Positions 46,236 through 55,935 of a DNA stretch of 64,000 nt are shown piece by piece. Numbering within the stretch: the first letter of the stretch is position 1; every line of letters starts with the position of its first letter. Below the pieces are notes generated by a model, which ran no database searches, was not told where the DNA came from, and saw only the letters and a list, made by a program, of their open reading frames with translations. Origin of the DNA: Elusimicrobiota bacterium (lineage in GTDB: Bacteria; Elusimicrobiota; Elusimicrobia; F11); the NCBI GenBank assembly GCA_044221725.1, contig JBGAON010000002.1:256001-320000 (forward strand). The letters are read 5' to 3'. The translations under genes were made by a program, and so were the position numbers.

Positions 46236-47365
46236 TCCTGTGCGCGAACCCGCGCGCTCAGTACGTTTCGCATAAAAAAGAGATCGACGCGGCCATCGCG
46301 TCGGTACTTGAGGATGGCCGGTACGTTCAGGGCGATGCCGTAAACAATTTCGAAAAGGAATTTTCCTCCTATATCGGCGCCTCGCACGCCATTGGCGTGG
46401 GAAGCGGCACCGAAGCGCTGCATGTCGCGCTGAAAGCGTGCGGTATCGGAGCGGGTGATGAAGTAATTACCGTTTCTCACACGGCGGTTGCCACGGTGGC
46501 CGCCATTGAACTCGCTGGCGCATCTCCGGTGCTCGTCGACATTGAGCCCACGTATTACACGCTTAATCTCTCCGAATTAAAGAAAGCCATTTCACCAAAG
46601 ACAAAAGCGATCGTAGCGGTTCACATTTATGGCCAGCCGTGCGATATGCGGCCCATTCTCGAAATTGCGAAGCAACATGGACTGCGCGTGATCGAAGATT
46701 GCGCGCAAGCAACCGGCGCAACGTGGCAGGACCGTCGGCTTGGTTCCATCGGGGACATCGGTTGCTTCAGTTTTTATCCCACCAAGAATTTGGGTGCGAT
46801 CGGTGATGGTGGTATGGTTGTCACGAACGATGCGAAGCTCGCGCAGAATGTTCGATTGCTGCGCGAATACGGCTGGGAAGAGCGCTACGTCAGCAAAATC
46901 TCTGGTTGGAATTCGCGGTTGGACGAGTTGCAGGCGGCCGTGTTGCGCGTGAAGCTGCGGCATTTGGACGCCGACAACGCGAAGCGCCGGGCGTTGGCCG
47001 AACGCTACAACGCTGCGCTTCGAGCGCTGGGTGTGGAAACCCCGGCCGCGCGAGAAGATGCAAGCCACGTTTATCACCTTTACGTAATTCGATCGGCGCA
47101 GCGCGATGAGCTTCAAACGTTTTTAAAGTCGAAAGGCGTTCATACGCTCGTGCATTATCCGGTGCCGGTGCATCTTCAGCCGGCGTATCGAAATCGAATC
47201 CGAACCATCGGTGAACTGAAACAAACGGAGCATGCCGCAACGACTATTTTGTCGCTGCCGCTTTATCCGGAGTTAACAAACGGCGACGTTGAAACCGTGA
47301 TCGACGCCATCAAGATTTTTGCAAGTGAAACGGGTGTGCGTGCCGCCGCGTCCAGCGCTCGATGA
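46232..47365 (+). CDS. DegT/DnrJ/EryC1/StrS-family PLP-dependent sugar aminotransferase
   Basis: GSGTEAL, VHIYGQ, EDCAQA, SFYPTKNLGAIGDGG, NSRLDELQAA and HYPVP motifs. ATG at 46232. Confidence 0.92.
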   Translation: MILCANPRAQYVSHKKEIDAAIASVLEDGRYVQGDAVNNFEKEFSSYIGASHAIGVGSGTEALHVALKACGIGAGDEVITVSHTAVATVAAIELAGASPVLVDIEPTYYTLNLSELKKAISPKTKAIVAVHIYGQPCDMRPILEIAKQHGLRVIEDCAQATGATWQDRRLGSIGDIGCFSFYPTKNLGAIGDGGMVVTNDAKLAQNVRLLREYGWEERYVSKISGWNSRLDELQAAVLRVKLRHLDADNAKRRALAERYNAALRALGVETPAAREDASHVYHLYVIRSAQRDELQTFLKSKGVHTLVHYPVPVHLQPAYRNRIRTIGELKQTEHAATTILSLPLYPELTNGDVETVIDAIKIFASETGVRAAASSAR

Positions 47366-47384
47366 TTGACCGGGATAATCGCTA

Positions 47385-48371
47385 ATGGCGGATCCAGCAC
47401 GGCTGTTCGAAGGACGCACGATTGTTGTGACCGGTGCCTCCGGTTATGTCGCTTCCCAATTAATCGATCGGCTGAGTCACGTTGCTTGCCGCATTGTCGG
47501 TGTATCGCGAACGAAAATCGGAGAAATGTCGGGCCCCGCAAAGGCCACGGTTGAATTCGTTGCGGGCGACCTCAACAGCGAATCTTTTTTAGAGAAAACA
47601 CTGAGCGGCGCGGATGCCGTTTTTCATTTGGCGGCGCAAACGAGCACGTACAAAGCGAATGAGGATCCCGCCACTGATGCACGGTCCAATGTGTGGCCAC
47701 TGTTTCTCATGCTGGAAGTCTGTCGGCGAAAAGCATGGAAACCGTTCGTGGCGCTCGCCGGAGCGGCGACCGAGGTGGGCGTTACCGATAAAATTCCGGT
47801 GAACGAAAGTTTTTTGGATGCACCGCTCACCACGTACGATCTGCACAAATTGTTAGCGGAAAACTATTTGAAATATTACGCGCGCCAGGGATTCGTGACG
47901 GGCACAACGTTGCGGCTGGCCAATGTTTACGGTCCGGGTCCCCGTAGCTCGAGCGCGGACCGTGGAATCCTCAACATGATGGTGCGGCGCGCGTTGAACG
48001 GTGATGCATTAACCGTTTACGGCAAAGGCGATAACATTCGCGACTACGTGTTCATTGATGACGTTGTGGACGCTTTTCTCGTTTCTGCCACCAGCGAGAA
48101 AACAAACGGTCGGCATTTTGTGCTCGGGAGTGGCGAGGGACACACAATTTTAGAAGCGATTCAAACCGTGGCCGCGTGTGTCGAAAAAAAGAATGGCAAG
48201 CCGGTCGAAATTAAACACATGCCGCCACCGTCATCGCAGTCACCCATCGAGGCACGGAATTTTGTCGCCGACACGTCCGCGTTTCGCATGGCCACCGGAT
48301 GGCAGCCGCGCGTTTCTTTTCTTGACGGTGTAAACCGTACAATAGATCATTGGATAAAGGAAAAAGTATGA
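47385..48371 (+). CDS. NAD-dependent epimerase/dehydratase
   Basis: TGASGYVA, HLAAQTS, YDLHK, RLANVYGP and RDYVFIDD motifs. Confidence 0.85.
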   Translation: MADPARLFEGRTIVVTGASGYVASQLIDRLSHVACRIVGVSRTKIGEMSGPAKATVEFVAGDLNSESFLEKTLSGADAVFHLAAQTSTYKANEDPATDARSNVWPLFLMLEVCRRKAWKPFVALAGAATEVGVTDKIPVNESFLDAPLTTYDLHKLLAENYLKYYARQGFVTGTTLRLANVYGPGPRSSSADRGILNMMVRRALNGDALTVYGKGDNIRDYVFIDDVVDAFLVSATSEKTNGRHFVLGSGEGHTILEAIQTVAACVEKKNGKPVEIKHMPPPSSQSPIEARNFVADTSAFRMATGWQPRVSFLDGVNRTIDHWIKEKV

Positions 48372-49333
48372 GAATATTAATCGTTGGTGGTGCCGGATTT
48401 CTCGGATCCAATCTTGTGCGCTATTGCTTGGCAAAGCCTGGGAACGAGATCACGGTGCTTGATTCTCTCGAACCGCATCTGCGCGCATCGACCGCGAATC
48501 TGCGCGACGTGTGGGACCAAATCCGGTTTGTTCGCGGAAGCATGGCGGATGAACAACTGATTGCCGAAGTCGTACAAGGCCAAGACGTGATTTTTAACTG
48601 TGCGGCGCAAACCTCTCATCCCTTGTCCATTCAGAATCCGCTTTTTGACGTTGAGTTGAACTGCACCGGCAATTTGAAATTGCTCGAAGCAATTCGATTG
48701 CTTAATCCGAAAGCCACCGTCGTTTACACATCGAGCAGCACCGTGATTGGAAAAGCCGTCGGAGAGCTTGTGGACGAAGACCACGGCGAGCGGCCGCTCG
48801 ATATTTATTCAGCGAACAAAGGCGTTGCCGAAAAATACTACCGTATCTACAACCGCGTTCACGGTTTGAAAACGATCGTGTTGCGGTTTGCGAACCTCTA
48901 TGGGCCGTACGGCAAAGGCTACCCGGAATTTGGGTTCATTAACTATTTCATCTCGCTCGCGCAGGCGAATGAGGAAATAAAAATTTTTGGATCGGGCAAT
49001 CAGACGCGCAACGTTTTGTTTGCCGAAGATGCTGCCGAGATAATTTACCGCAGCGTTTCCGAGCCGCGTCTCATTGGTGAAACGTATTTTGCGGTGGGCG
49101 ACGAACATCTGACCGTTGCGGAGATCGCCAAAAATATCGTGGAAGTTTTTCAAAAGGGGCGGGTTACGCACATCGAATGGCCCGAAGAGCGGCACCGCAT
49201 CGAAGTGGGAAAGGTAATGTTTTCATCGGCGCGCATTCGCGACATTGTGGATTGGCATCCGCGCTTCTCTTTCCGACAGGGCCTGCAACGCACCCGGGAA
49301 ATTTCAGAGAGACTTAAGGAGGTTGTTCGTTGA
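48368..49333 (+). CDS. NAD-dependent epimerase/dehydratase
   Basis: [22 protein letters not shown] and RFANLYGP motifs. ATG at 48368. Confidence 0.85.
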   Translation: MRILIVGGAGFLGSNLVRYCLAKPGNEITVLDSLEPHLRASTANLRDVWDQIRFVRGSMADEQLIAEVVQGQDVIFNCAAQTSHPLSIQNPLFDVELNCTGNLKLLEAIRLLNPKATVVYTSSSTVIGKAVGELVDEDHGERPLDIYSANKGVAEKYYRIYNRVHGLKTIVLRFANLYGPYGKGYPEFGFINYFISLAQANEEIKIFGSGNQTRNVLFAEDAAEIIYRSVSEPRLIGETYFAVGDEHLTVAEIAKNIVEVFQKGRVTHIEWPEERHRIEVGKVMFSSARIRDIVDWHPRFSFRQGLQRTREISERLKEVVR

Positions 49334-50283
49334 AAAAGATTCTTGTTACGGGCGCGCTCGGTCATATCGGCTCGCGCTTTATTCGCACGATTAAACCGGG
49401 ACAATTTTCCGAAGTGATACTCGTCGACAACCTCTCCACGCAGCGATACCCTTCACTTTTCAATCTCCCGTCAAACGTTCCATTTCGGTTTCTCGCCGAA
49501 GATATTTGCACCGCGGATCTCAATGCGTTGTTCAAAGGAATTGATGTTGTGCTGCACATGGCCGCCGCGACGGACGCGGCCGGCAGCGCGAACCGCGCCG
49601 ACGAAGTGCGCAAAGTAAATTTCACCGGTACCGAGCGGGTTGCAAAAGCCTGCGCGGAAACGGGCGCAAAGTTGATTTTTTTCTCCACGACCAGCGTGTA
49701 TGGCACGGCCAAGGACGTGGTGGATGAGAACTGCACCGAAGAGGAACTCAAGCCGCAAAGCCCGTACGCGCACAGCAAAATTGAGGCGGAGCGGTTGCTC
49801 GCGAAGATGGGGGCCGAGGAAGGATTGCGATTTATCGTTTGCCGTTTTGGCACGATCTTTGGCGCGTCGATCGGCATGCGTTTTCACACGGCCGTGAACA
49901 AATTTATTTGGCAGGCGTGTCTCAACTTGCCGATCACCGTTTGGCGCACGGCGCTGCACCAAAAGCGGCCGTATCTCGATCTCGAGGACGCGGTTCGCGC
50001 GCTTCATTTCATTATCGAGGGCGATCATTTTGATAACCGCGTTTACAACGTGCTCACGACGAATTGCACGGTGAACGACATCGTCGAAGCGATCCGCAAA
50101 TACCAACCGGATTTGAAAATCAATTTTGTGGACGAGGCGATTATGAACCAATTGTCCTACGAAGTGGCCTGCGAGCGGTTCAAAAGCCTCGGTTTCGTGT
50201 TCCAAGGGAATCTCGACCGTTCTGTTTCTGAAAGTGTTGCGCTGTTAAGGAATCTTCAACCGCAAATCCTTGCGTCCAAATAA
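49330..50283 (+). CDS. NAD-dependent epimerase/dehydratase (extended SDR)
   Basis: TGALGHIG, STTSVYG, YAHSK and RFGTIFG motifs. TTG start after AAGGAGG. Confidence 0.85.
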   Translation: MKKILVTGALGHIGSRFIRTIKPGQFSEVILVDNLSTQRYPSLFNLPSNVPFRFLAEDICTADLNALFKGIDVVLHMAAATDAAGSANRADEVRKVNFTGTERVAKACAETGAKLIFFSTTSVYGTAKDVVDENCTEEELKPQSPYAHSKIEAERLLAKMGAEEGLRFIVCRFGTIFGASIGMRFHTAVNKFIWQACLNLPITVWRTALHQKRPYLDLEDAVRALHFIIEGDHFDNRVYNVLTTNCTVNDIVEAIRKYQPDLKINFVDEAIMNQLSYEVACERFKSLGFVFQGNLDRSVSESVALLRNLQPQILASK

Positions 50284-52081
50284 CAAACCCTCCATAACGC
50301 CAAGCCCGAGCAAGCTGGTCGCGTCGCTGCCGTTCATTGGCGTCGTGCTGTTTTACGTGTTGTTTATCTATCCGCAGTTCGTCACGCCCGGTGCAATGCT
50401 GCGCATGAGCGATTTCGTTCTACCGAACGTGAACAACCAAACGAATTTTAATTTGTCGTTCTATTCGTGGTCGACCTACGGCTTGGGCCAGCCGAGCATT
50501 CCTTCGTTGTCGATGGGACTTATCTACGTGCTGACCAAATGGTTTGGTGCCTGGGTGGCGCAGCAGTTTTTTGGTTTTGCATCGATGCTCGTGGCGTCCA
50601 CCGGAATGTATTTGTTTTTGGTGCGAACCGGGTGGGTGCGCTCGCGCGTTTGGGCGGCTGTGGTTTCCATTCTCTATGTGGTGAATTGGGCCGTTTTTTC
50701 CTACGAGGGGGACAACGCCGCCCTTCTAACGATCACCGGCATTATGTGGACGTACGCGATGATTCCGTTTGTGATGCTGTGCGGATTCCGGATCTTCGTT
50801 CAGGGCCGATTCTCGGTTTATTACGTGGTGTGTCTTGGGGTTGCGAGCTTTGTCGCGTCGCTTAGCAATTCGCAGGCGTTGGTCATCATGGCCGGTGTGA
50901 TGATTCCTTTCGTTCTTTATTACGTTTTGGAGAAGATCCTTTTTGTGAACGGTGATCCTTCGAAGGCCATCTTTCGCTTGATCACCACGCTGGTTGGATG
51001 GGGGGCCCTTTGTTGCCTTCTTGTGTTTCCGGTCGTGTTGTCGCTGGTCAGTAGCATTTTGTTAACCGGAAACGTCCAATCGCTGTACGGTGTAAAAGCG
51101 GCGCTCACTCCACATCCTGGAATTTACCATTCGGTTTATGTGTACCCGATTTCGGCCCTTTTGGTTTTGTCCTCGCCGCGGGAGTTCACGAATGTTTATG
51201 AACTGCTGGGGTTGGCGGTGCCGGTTTTGTGCGTGTTTGGCGTATTAATTGAAAACGATCGCCAAAAGAAACTTCTTGGCTTGTTGTTTTTCTCTTTGGT
51301 GCTGCTCATCACCGGTTGGATCTTGTTGATCATAATTCTCCCGGGAGGGATCGCGAAAATTTACGCCATTCCCGTGCTCGGCCAACTTTTGCAGGTTGTG
51401 CGCAGTCCGCTCAAGTTTTTTATGTTCCTGGCTCCGTTTTTAACCGTGTTGCTGGCGCTTGGGATCACCAACGTGGCGCCACAAAAAAGATCCGGGTTTG
51501 GTGGCGGGTTGGGGGGGCTTCTCATCCTATGCGCGATGATTGCGGTCTTTATGAATCACGATGGACGCGTGTTTTCGTTGCGCGGAACCTATGTCGAACC
51601 GACGGTGACCCGCAGCGCGCAAGGCGGCGAACACGGTTTGCCGTATGGACGCCTCAACAATTCTCTTGTGCAGATCACGCACGACTTGCAAGCGGCGTCG
51701 GGACCCGCCGGTCGCGTTCTCTGGTTGCCGAACGAAAATGATATTTGGCTACAGACCACACAAATAAGTTTCGAAAACATTTTGTCCTATCCATCATCGC
51801 TCACCATGGGTATTTATCAGAAGGAAATTGCCGATGCGTTCGCCGATGGAACTCCCACGGTTCTCGCGAAACTCCTTACGCTTTTGCGCGTGCGTCACTT
51901 GGTTATCATCAAATATTCGAAACAAACCGGGCCTCCGCGAATTTGGGGAACACCGCCGTGGGGCGAACATATCGTTGGAGATCCAATAGCGTTTCTTTCG
52001 TTTCTCGATAACCAACCAGCGTTTAAGAAAGTAAAGGAAGATGACTCGTACGCGATTTATGAAAATGCCCTTTTCCAGTAA
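50270..52081 (+). CDS. Polytopic membrane protein, YfhO/AftD-like GT-C candidate
   Basis: About 12 TM segments, first-loop MSDF and RSPLKF. Soluble C-terminal part with RVLWLP, LLRVRHLVI and YAIYEN, reminiscent of YfhO-like proteins. Confidence 0.5.
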   Translation: MRPNNKPSITPSPSKLVASLPFIGVVLFYVLFIYPQFVTPGAMLRMSDFVLPNVNNQTNFNLSFYSWSTYGLGQPSIPSLSMGLIYVLTKWFGAWVAQQFFGFASMLVASTGMYLFLVRTGWVRSRVWAAVVSILYVVNWAVFSYEGDNAALLTITGIMWTYAMIPFVMLCGFRIFVQGRFSVYYVVCLGVASFVASLSNSQALVIMAGVMIPFVLYYVLEKILFVNGDPSKAIFRLITTLVGWGALCCLLVFPVVLSLVSSILLTGNVQSLYGVKAALTPHPGIYHSVYVYPISALLVLSSPREFTNVYELLGLAVPVLCVFGVLIENDRQKKLLGLLFFSLVLLITGWILLIIILPGGIAKIYAIPVLGQLLQVVRSPLKFFMFLAPFLTVLLALGITNVAPQKRSGFGGGLGGLLILCAMIAVFMNHDGRVFSLRGTYVEPTVTRSAQGGEHGLPYGRLNNSLVQITHDLQAASGPAGRVLWLPNENDIWLQTTQISFENILSYPSSLTMGIYQKEIADAFADGTPTVLAKLLTLLRVRHLVIIKYSKQTGPPRIWGTPPWGEHIVGDPIAFLSFLDNQPAFKKVKEDDSYAIYENALFQ

Positions 52082-55000
52082 TTGCGCCCGGTTTGCTTTG
52101 AAGCGCGTGTGGCACGGCGTCGTGATTGTCGCGCTGCTCGCACCGCAAGCTCATTCGGTCGTTTACGTGGATGGCGATATTCGCTCGTTTCCTTTTTTCA
52201 GCCGCACGTCCTATTTTCAACCAGACACCGATTTTGTTTTCACGAAAAGTCCCGGCGTCTATTCGTTGCTGTTAAACGACCTTCAGGCCATGGATCGTGA
52301 CAACGCGACCAAGGGCCCTTTCCTGTTGTTCGCGAACACCCAACTCGACGATATTCTGTTCGAGCTCGCAAAAATCGAAGCCTGTGAAAAAGGAAAATCT
52401 TCGGAAGCGACGCCCGAAAAACCGGCGTTTGTGGCGCTAAACTACGCGACGAAATCCCAGTTTTCAATCGCGAAGAAAGGGGAATACGAAGTATGGCTAA
52501 AGATTAACGGCGACGAATCGGATTTGATTCGAAAGATTCGTATGGATAATTTCCTTTTCCATCTTCCGGTGCGTGGTTTCGGAGTGGATTGGATTCGGCT
52601 TAGCAAAGGGGACCTTGAGAGCGGGATGCATACCATCGAACTCGTTTTCGAAAAAAAGACCGAGCCTCAGGATCAAATGGACGACCTTTTTAAAGAAGCG
52701 CCATCCCGAGAAGTGCTGATCATTAGCAGGGATAAGTTCCGAAAAGATCACGAGCGGCTGCAGAAGAGCCAAAACGCTTATTTGTTTTACAAAACCGAGA
52801 AAGAGTACATGTTGCGGCGGAGTTTTTATGTTCCCCGTGCAGATGATTACGATGTTGCCACGTATATGATTCCGCGTTACGAAAAAATTCGGGCGTCGAA
52901 GTTGAACGTGGGAGAGGGTTCGTGGCGGGCCGGGGGGCGTCGTCCAATGGTGCTGTTTGGCGGGAATTTTTATCCGGTGACAAACACAACGCTTCCGCTC
53001 CAATCCGAAGGATGGCGTTGGCAGTCCAATAACGAGAACCGATTGGTGATACCGAACGAGGACGGGGTGGGACGTTCTCCTATTGGAGAAATGCACCTAT
53101 TTAAAATGTTTTACCCGTTGCAAGAAGGTGTTTGGCGATGGATGTCAAACGATGGGTCGCTTTCGGTTCTCAATCCATTTGATAAGCCGATTCAGGTTCA
53201 ATTGGATTTCGATGTTGTTTCGTTCCAGGTCGACCGCACCGTTGAAGTGTGGGTCAATGGGACACTTCAGCAACAATTTACCGCCGAGGGGCCGCATCCG
53301 CTGCCGTCGAAGTCAACGCTCCGAAACATTCAATGGCCATGGGAGGTTGGAATTGCGTGCGGCAAGCCGTTTCGAGCAAAAATCGGTCCCGTCACGCTTT
53401 TGCCGGGCGCCAACGATGTGCGCGTATCAATTATGCCGGGCGCGAGCGTGATTAATGAGATGGACCCATTAAGTATCGCCATTCGCGACGATGTGAACGT
53501 TGAATTGGTATCGCCAAATTCGGACCGTGTTGGGTACCTCAATCGCCCTGAGTTTCATGTCGAAAGCAAAGAGTCCGGAATGGTGTTTCATGATACCTAC
53601 AACCGCAGCGAGAATGAGATTGGGTGGGTATCAAAGTCCGCGGGAAATATTCGGCTGCGGGATTATCCGTTGTTGGCGATCAAATACGATTGGCGCAATC
53701 CGATACAGAGCATGGACGTTGGTTTTACGATTGATACCGGAAAATCGGCAGACCGAACACGAATGCTTATCGTGTCGTTGCCAATTCCTGGCGACGAGGA
53801 GCGCCTGTATTATTTTGATTTGTTGGACGCGGTGCGGAAAACGTACAGCTCGGCGCTGGATCCGCATTTGACCGAAATTCATTTCTTACCACACAAGACG
53901 TGGGACGTCGATGCCACGGATCAGGAAGAAGCGGTGAACTATGTTGTTAAAAGCGTTCAGTTATCGTCGGTCAAGGGTTCGATCGCGAAAAAAGAGGAAA
54001 TAAGTCTCGACGGCGCTTTGTGGGTCGGCAAAGGTTCCAATTCTGTTGACGCGTACAGAAACGAATTTTCGGTGTCCATGCATTTGGGAGAAACGAAATC
54101 ATTGTCTTCGTGGCTTGACGTTCGGGTTCCGTTGAACCCTGGGTCTTTGGATCTCAATTCAAAAATGATCGTGCCATTTCGCTTTGACGACCCAAAAGTT
54201 CAAGGACTTAAGCTTCTCTTTGGATTGGATTCCAATGGTGATGGTAAAGCCGATTCGTGGGTGCCGGTGGGAAAACGAATTCCGCTGTTGGATTGGAAGA
54301 TTATGGTCCGCGATAACAAAGATGGCATGAATGTTTATGAATCGGCGGTGCCGGGGGACCTTTTGCAATATGAGGTGGGCTCTCTTCGGTTGTTCAACTT
54401 TATCGTAATGAAAAATGGTGTTCCCATGCCGACCACCACCACGGCTGGATATTTTAGTTCAAAAGAGATTGTCGATTTTGATGCCGGTCGGGTAACCATA
54501 ACATTGCCACCGAATGAATCGCCGGATGAGTTTACGTTTGATCTCTATTTGCCTCCGCAAATCGACGCGGATCCGATGTTGCCACACTTCTTCAATATTC
54601 CGGTGGATTTGCAGGAAACTCTGCCAAAAGATCGAGCACGTATCGTGGAACTTCGTTTCTTGGTGGAAGCTTTGCTCCCAAAACCTATTGCGAACGAACG
54701 ATCTTTTGAGTTTGAAGTGAAGTCTCCCCAAATCGTGGACCTCAAATTAATCCGGACAGAAGATCTTCTGAATAACAACGAGATCCCGATGCTTCAAGTC
54801 GACGGAACGGCGCCCGTCATGAATCGTGTCGTTGATGTCGATGGCGGCGGCGTTTGGATGACCTCGCGTGTCCGGTTGCAAGAAGGCATGCATTCGTTGC
54901 GGGTGTGGGAAAAACGCGGCATTCGTCCGTATTTTGTGCAGGTGAATCCATCAAACAGGAGTCGGGCGGCTGTCCGTGACGAACGCGATGTGTACGAATT

Positions 55001-55331
55001 GAAGAAAGAGAATCCAACCGCCTATCATGCCACTGTTTTACAGGGAAATATTCCATTCACGCTAATTCTGAGTCAGAACTACAATGCGGGTTGGCGCGCG
55101 TCGGCGCGCATGAACGATGGTCAACGACAGGTTTTTTCGACTCATTTTGAAATAAACGGGCATGAGAACGCTTGGAGAATGCCAGCGCTACCCGAGGGGA
55201 CGCAAATCGACATTCAATACACGCCCCAAAGACTGATGAATTTTGGATATTTCGTTTCGCTGTTCGCTGTTATCTTTTGTTTCCTATATTTGATTGTCAG
55301 TGGATATCGCCGTGAAAAAACGCACGTTTAA
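52059..55331 (+). CDS. Large exported beta-rich protein with a YfhO-like C-terminal domain and TM anchor
   Basis: Signal-peptide-like N-terminus (VWHGVVIVALLAPQAHS), WRWMSNDG motif, and C-terminal LILSQNYNAGWRA...NGHENAW...IQYTPQ followed by a TM helix. Confidence 0.6.
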   Translation: MKMPFSSNCARFALKRVWHGVVIVALLAPQAHSVVYVDGDIRSFPFFSRTSYFQPDTDFVFTKSPGVYSLLLNDLQAMDRDNATKGPFLLFANTQLDDILFELAKIEACEKGKSSEATPEKPAFVALNYATKSQFSIAKKGEYEVWLKINGDESDLIRKIRMDNFLFHLPVRGFGVDWIRLSKGDLESGMHTIELVFEKKTEPQDQMDDLFKEAPSREVLIISRDKFRKDHERLQKSQNAYLFYKTEKEYMLRRSFYVPRADDYDVATYMIPRYEKIRASKLNVGEGSWRAGGRRPMVLFGGNFYPVTNTTLPLQSEGWRWQSNNENRLVIPNEDGVGRSPIGEMHLFKMFYPLQEGVWRWMSNDGSLSVLNPFDKPIQVQLDFDVVSFQVDRTVEVWVNGTLQQQFTAEGPHPLPSKSTLRNIQWPWEVGIACGKPFRAKIGPVTLLPGANDVRVSIMPGASVINEMDPLSIAIRDDVNVELVSPNSDRVGYLNRPEFHVESKESGMVFHDTYNRSENEIGWVSKSAGNIRLRDYPLLAIKYDWRNPIQSMDVGFTIDTGKSADRTRMLIVSLPIPGDEERLYYFDLLDAVRKTYSSALDPHLTEIHFLPHKTWDVDATDQEEAVNYVVKSVQLSSVKGSIAKKEEISLDGALWVGKGSNSVDAYRNEFSVSMHLGETKSLSSWLDVRVPLNPGSLDLNSKMIVPFRFDDPKVQGLKLLFGLDSNGDGKADSWVPVGKRIPLLDWKIMVRDNKDGMNVYESAVPGDLLQYEVGSLRLFNFIVMKNGVPMPTTTTAGYFSSKEIVDFDAGRVTITLPPNESPDEFTFDLYLPPQIDADPMLPHFFNIPVDLQETLPKDRARIVELRFLVEALLPKPIANERSFEFEVKSPQIVDLKLIRTEDLLNNNEIPMLQVDGTAPVMNRVVDVDGGGVWMTSRVRLQEGMHSLRVWEKRGIRPYFVQVNPSNRSRAAVRDERDVYELKKENPTAYHATVLQGNIPFTLILSQNYNAGWRASARMNDGQRQVFSTHFEINGHENAWRMPALPEGTQIDIQYTPQRLMNFGYFVSLFAVIFCFLYLIVSGYRREKTHV

Positions 55332-55935
55332 TCTTCATTTGGTTTGGTTTGTCGTTAAGTACACGCTCTCGATGAGTGTCGCTTCCTTACTGAGCTGGCA
55401 GCTCATGGAGCGGTGGGGATCTTTACGGATGGGTCATTCGATGATGATTCGATCCGTGTTGCTTATGACGATTTTCTCGTCCATTTTGCTGTTGTATGCC
55501 TTCATTTATTCCGATCTCAACAAAGGTTTCATTAGTTTGACTCGTATTTTGTTTGCGCATGCTTTTGTGGGTCTGTTTGTATTGGCGCGCAGTCGGTTCG
55601 CTGAAATCTTGATGTGGTTGATTGCGTATCTTTTCTTTATGGGCATGCTGTGGTTTATCAAAATACTTGTCGCACGATTTCTCGAAGATCGTCCGGGGCC
55701 GTTCGTGATGTGGGTGCTGGAACTGATTGTTCGAATAAAAGCATCGGTGCGTCATCGATCTGTTTTTTGTTTTGCATGCGCGCTTTTCTTTTGGATTCCT
55801 TTCCCGTTGGTTTTCCTGAAAATTCCGCCGATCATTTCCTATGTGCCCATTGGATTGTCATACCTGTTTCTGACGTTGGGTGTTGGGTTTGAGCTGTTCG
55901 ATTTGTTGGCGCAACGCGAGCACGAAGAACCTTGA
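55312..55935 (+). CDS. Hypothetical membrane protein
   Basis: About 6 hydrophobic segments. Fills the gap between coupled genes. Probable GTG start at 55312. Confidence 0.6.
   Translation: MKKRTFNLHLVWFVVKYTLSMSVASLLSWQLMERWGSLRMGHSMMIRSVLLMTIFSSILLLYAFIYSDLNKGFISLTRILFAHAFVGLFVLARSRFAEILMWLIAYLFFMGMLWFIKILVARFLEDRPGPFVMWVLELIVRIKASVRHRSVFCFACALFFWIPFPLVFLKIPPIISYVPIGLSYLFLTLGVGFELFDLLAQREHEEP

Noticed and set aside
45012..47365. Secondary-metabolite (antibiotic) biosynthetic cluster
   Set aside because: There is no PKS/NRPS/aglycone machinery or GT1 natural-product glycosyltransferase in the window; the context is surface glycan.
3873..48367. Extended ORF-track starts (3873, 4720, 5981, 12245, 13072, 17775, 22612, 27906, 32042, 41832, 43801, 46136, 48350)
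   Set aside because: They overlap upstream genes substantially. Downstream starts coupled to the previous stop codon match the domain boundaries better.
51511..51517. G7 tract (also C7 near 25993 and A8 near 4736) as phase-variation sites
   Set aside because: The tracts are short, in frame, and shorter than typical contingency loci.
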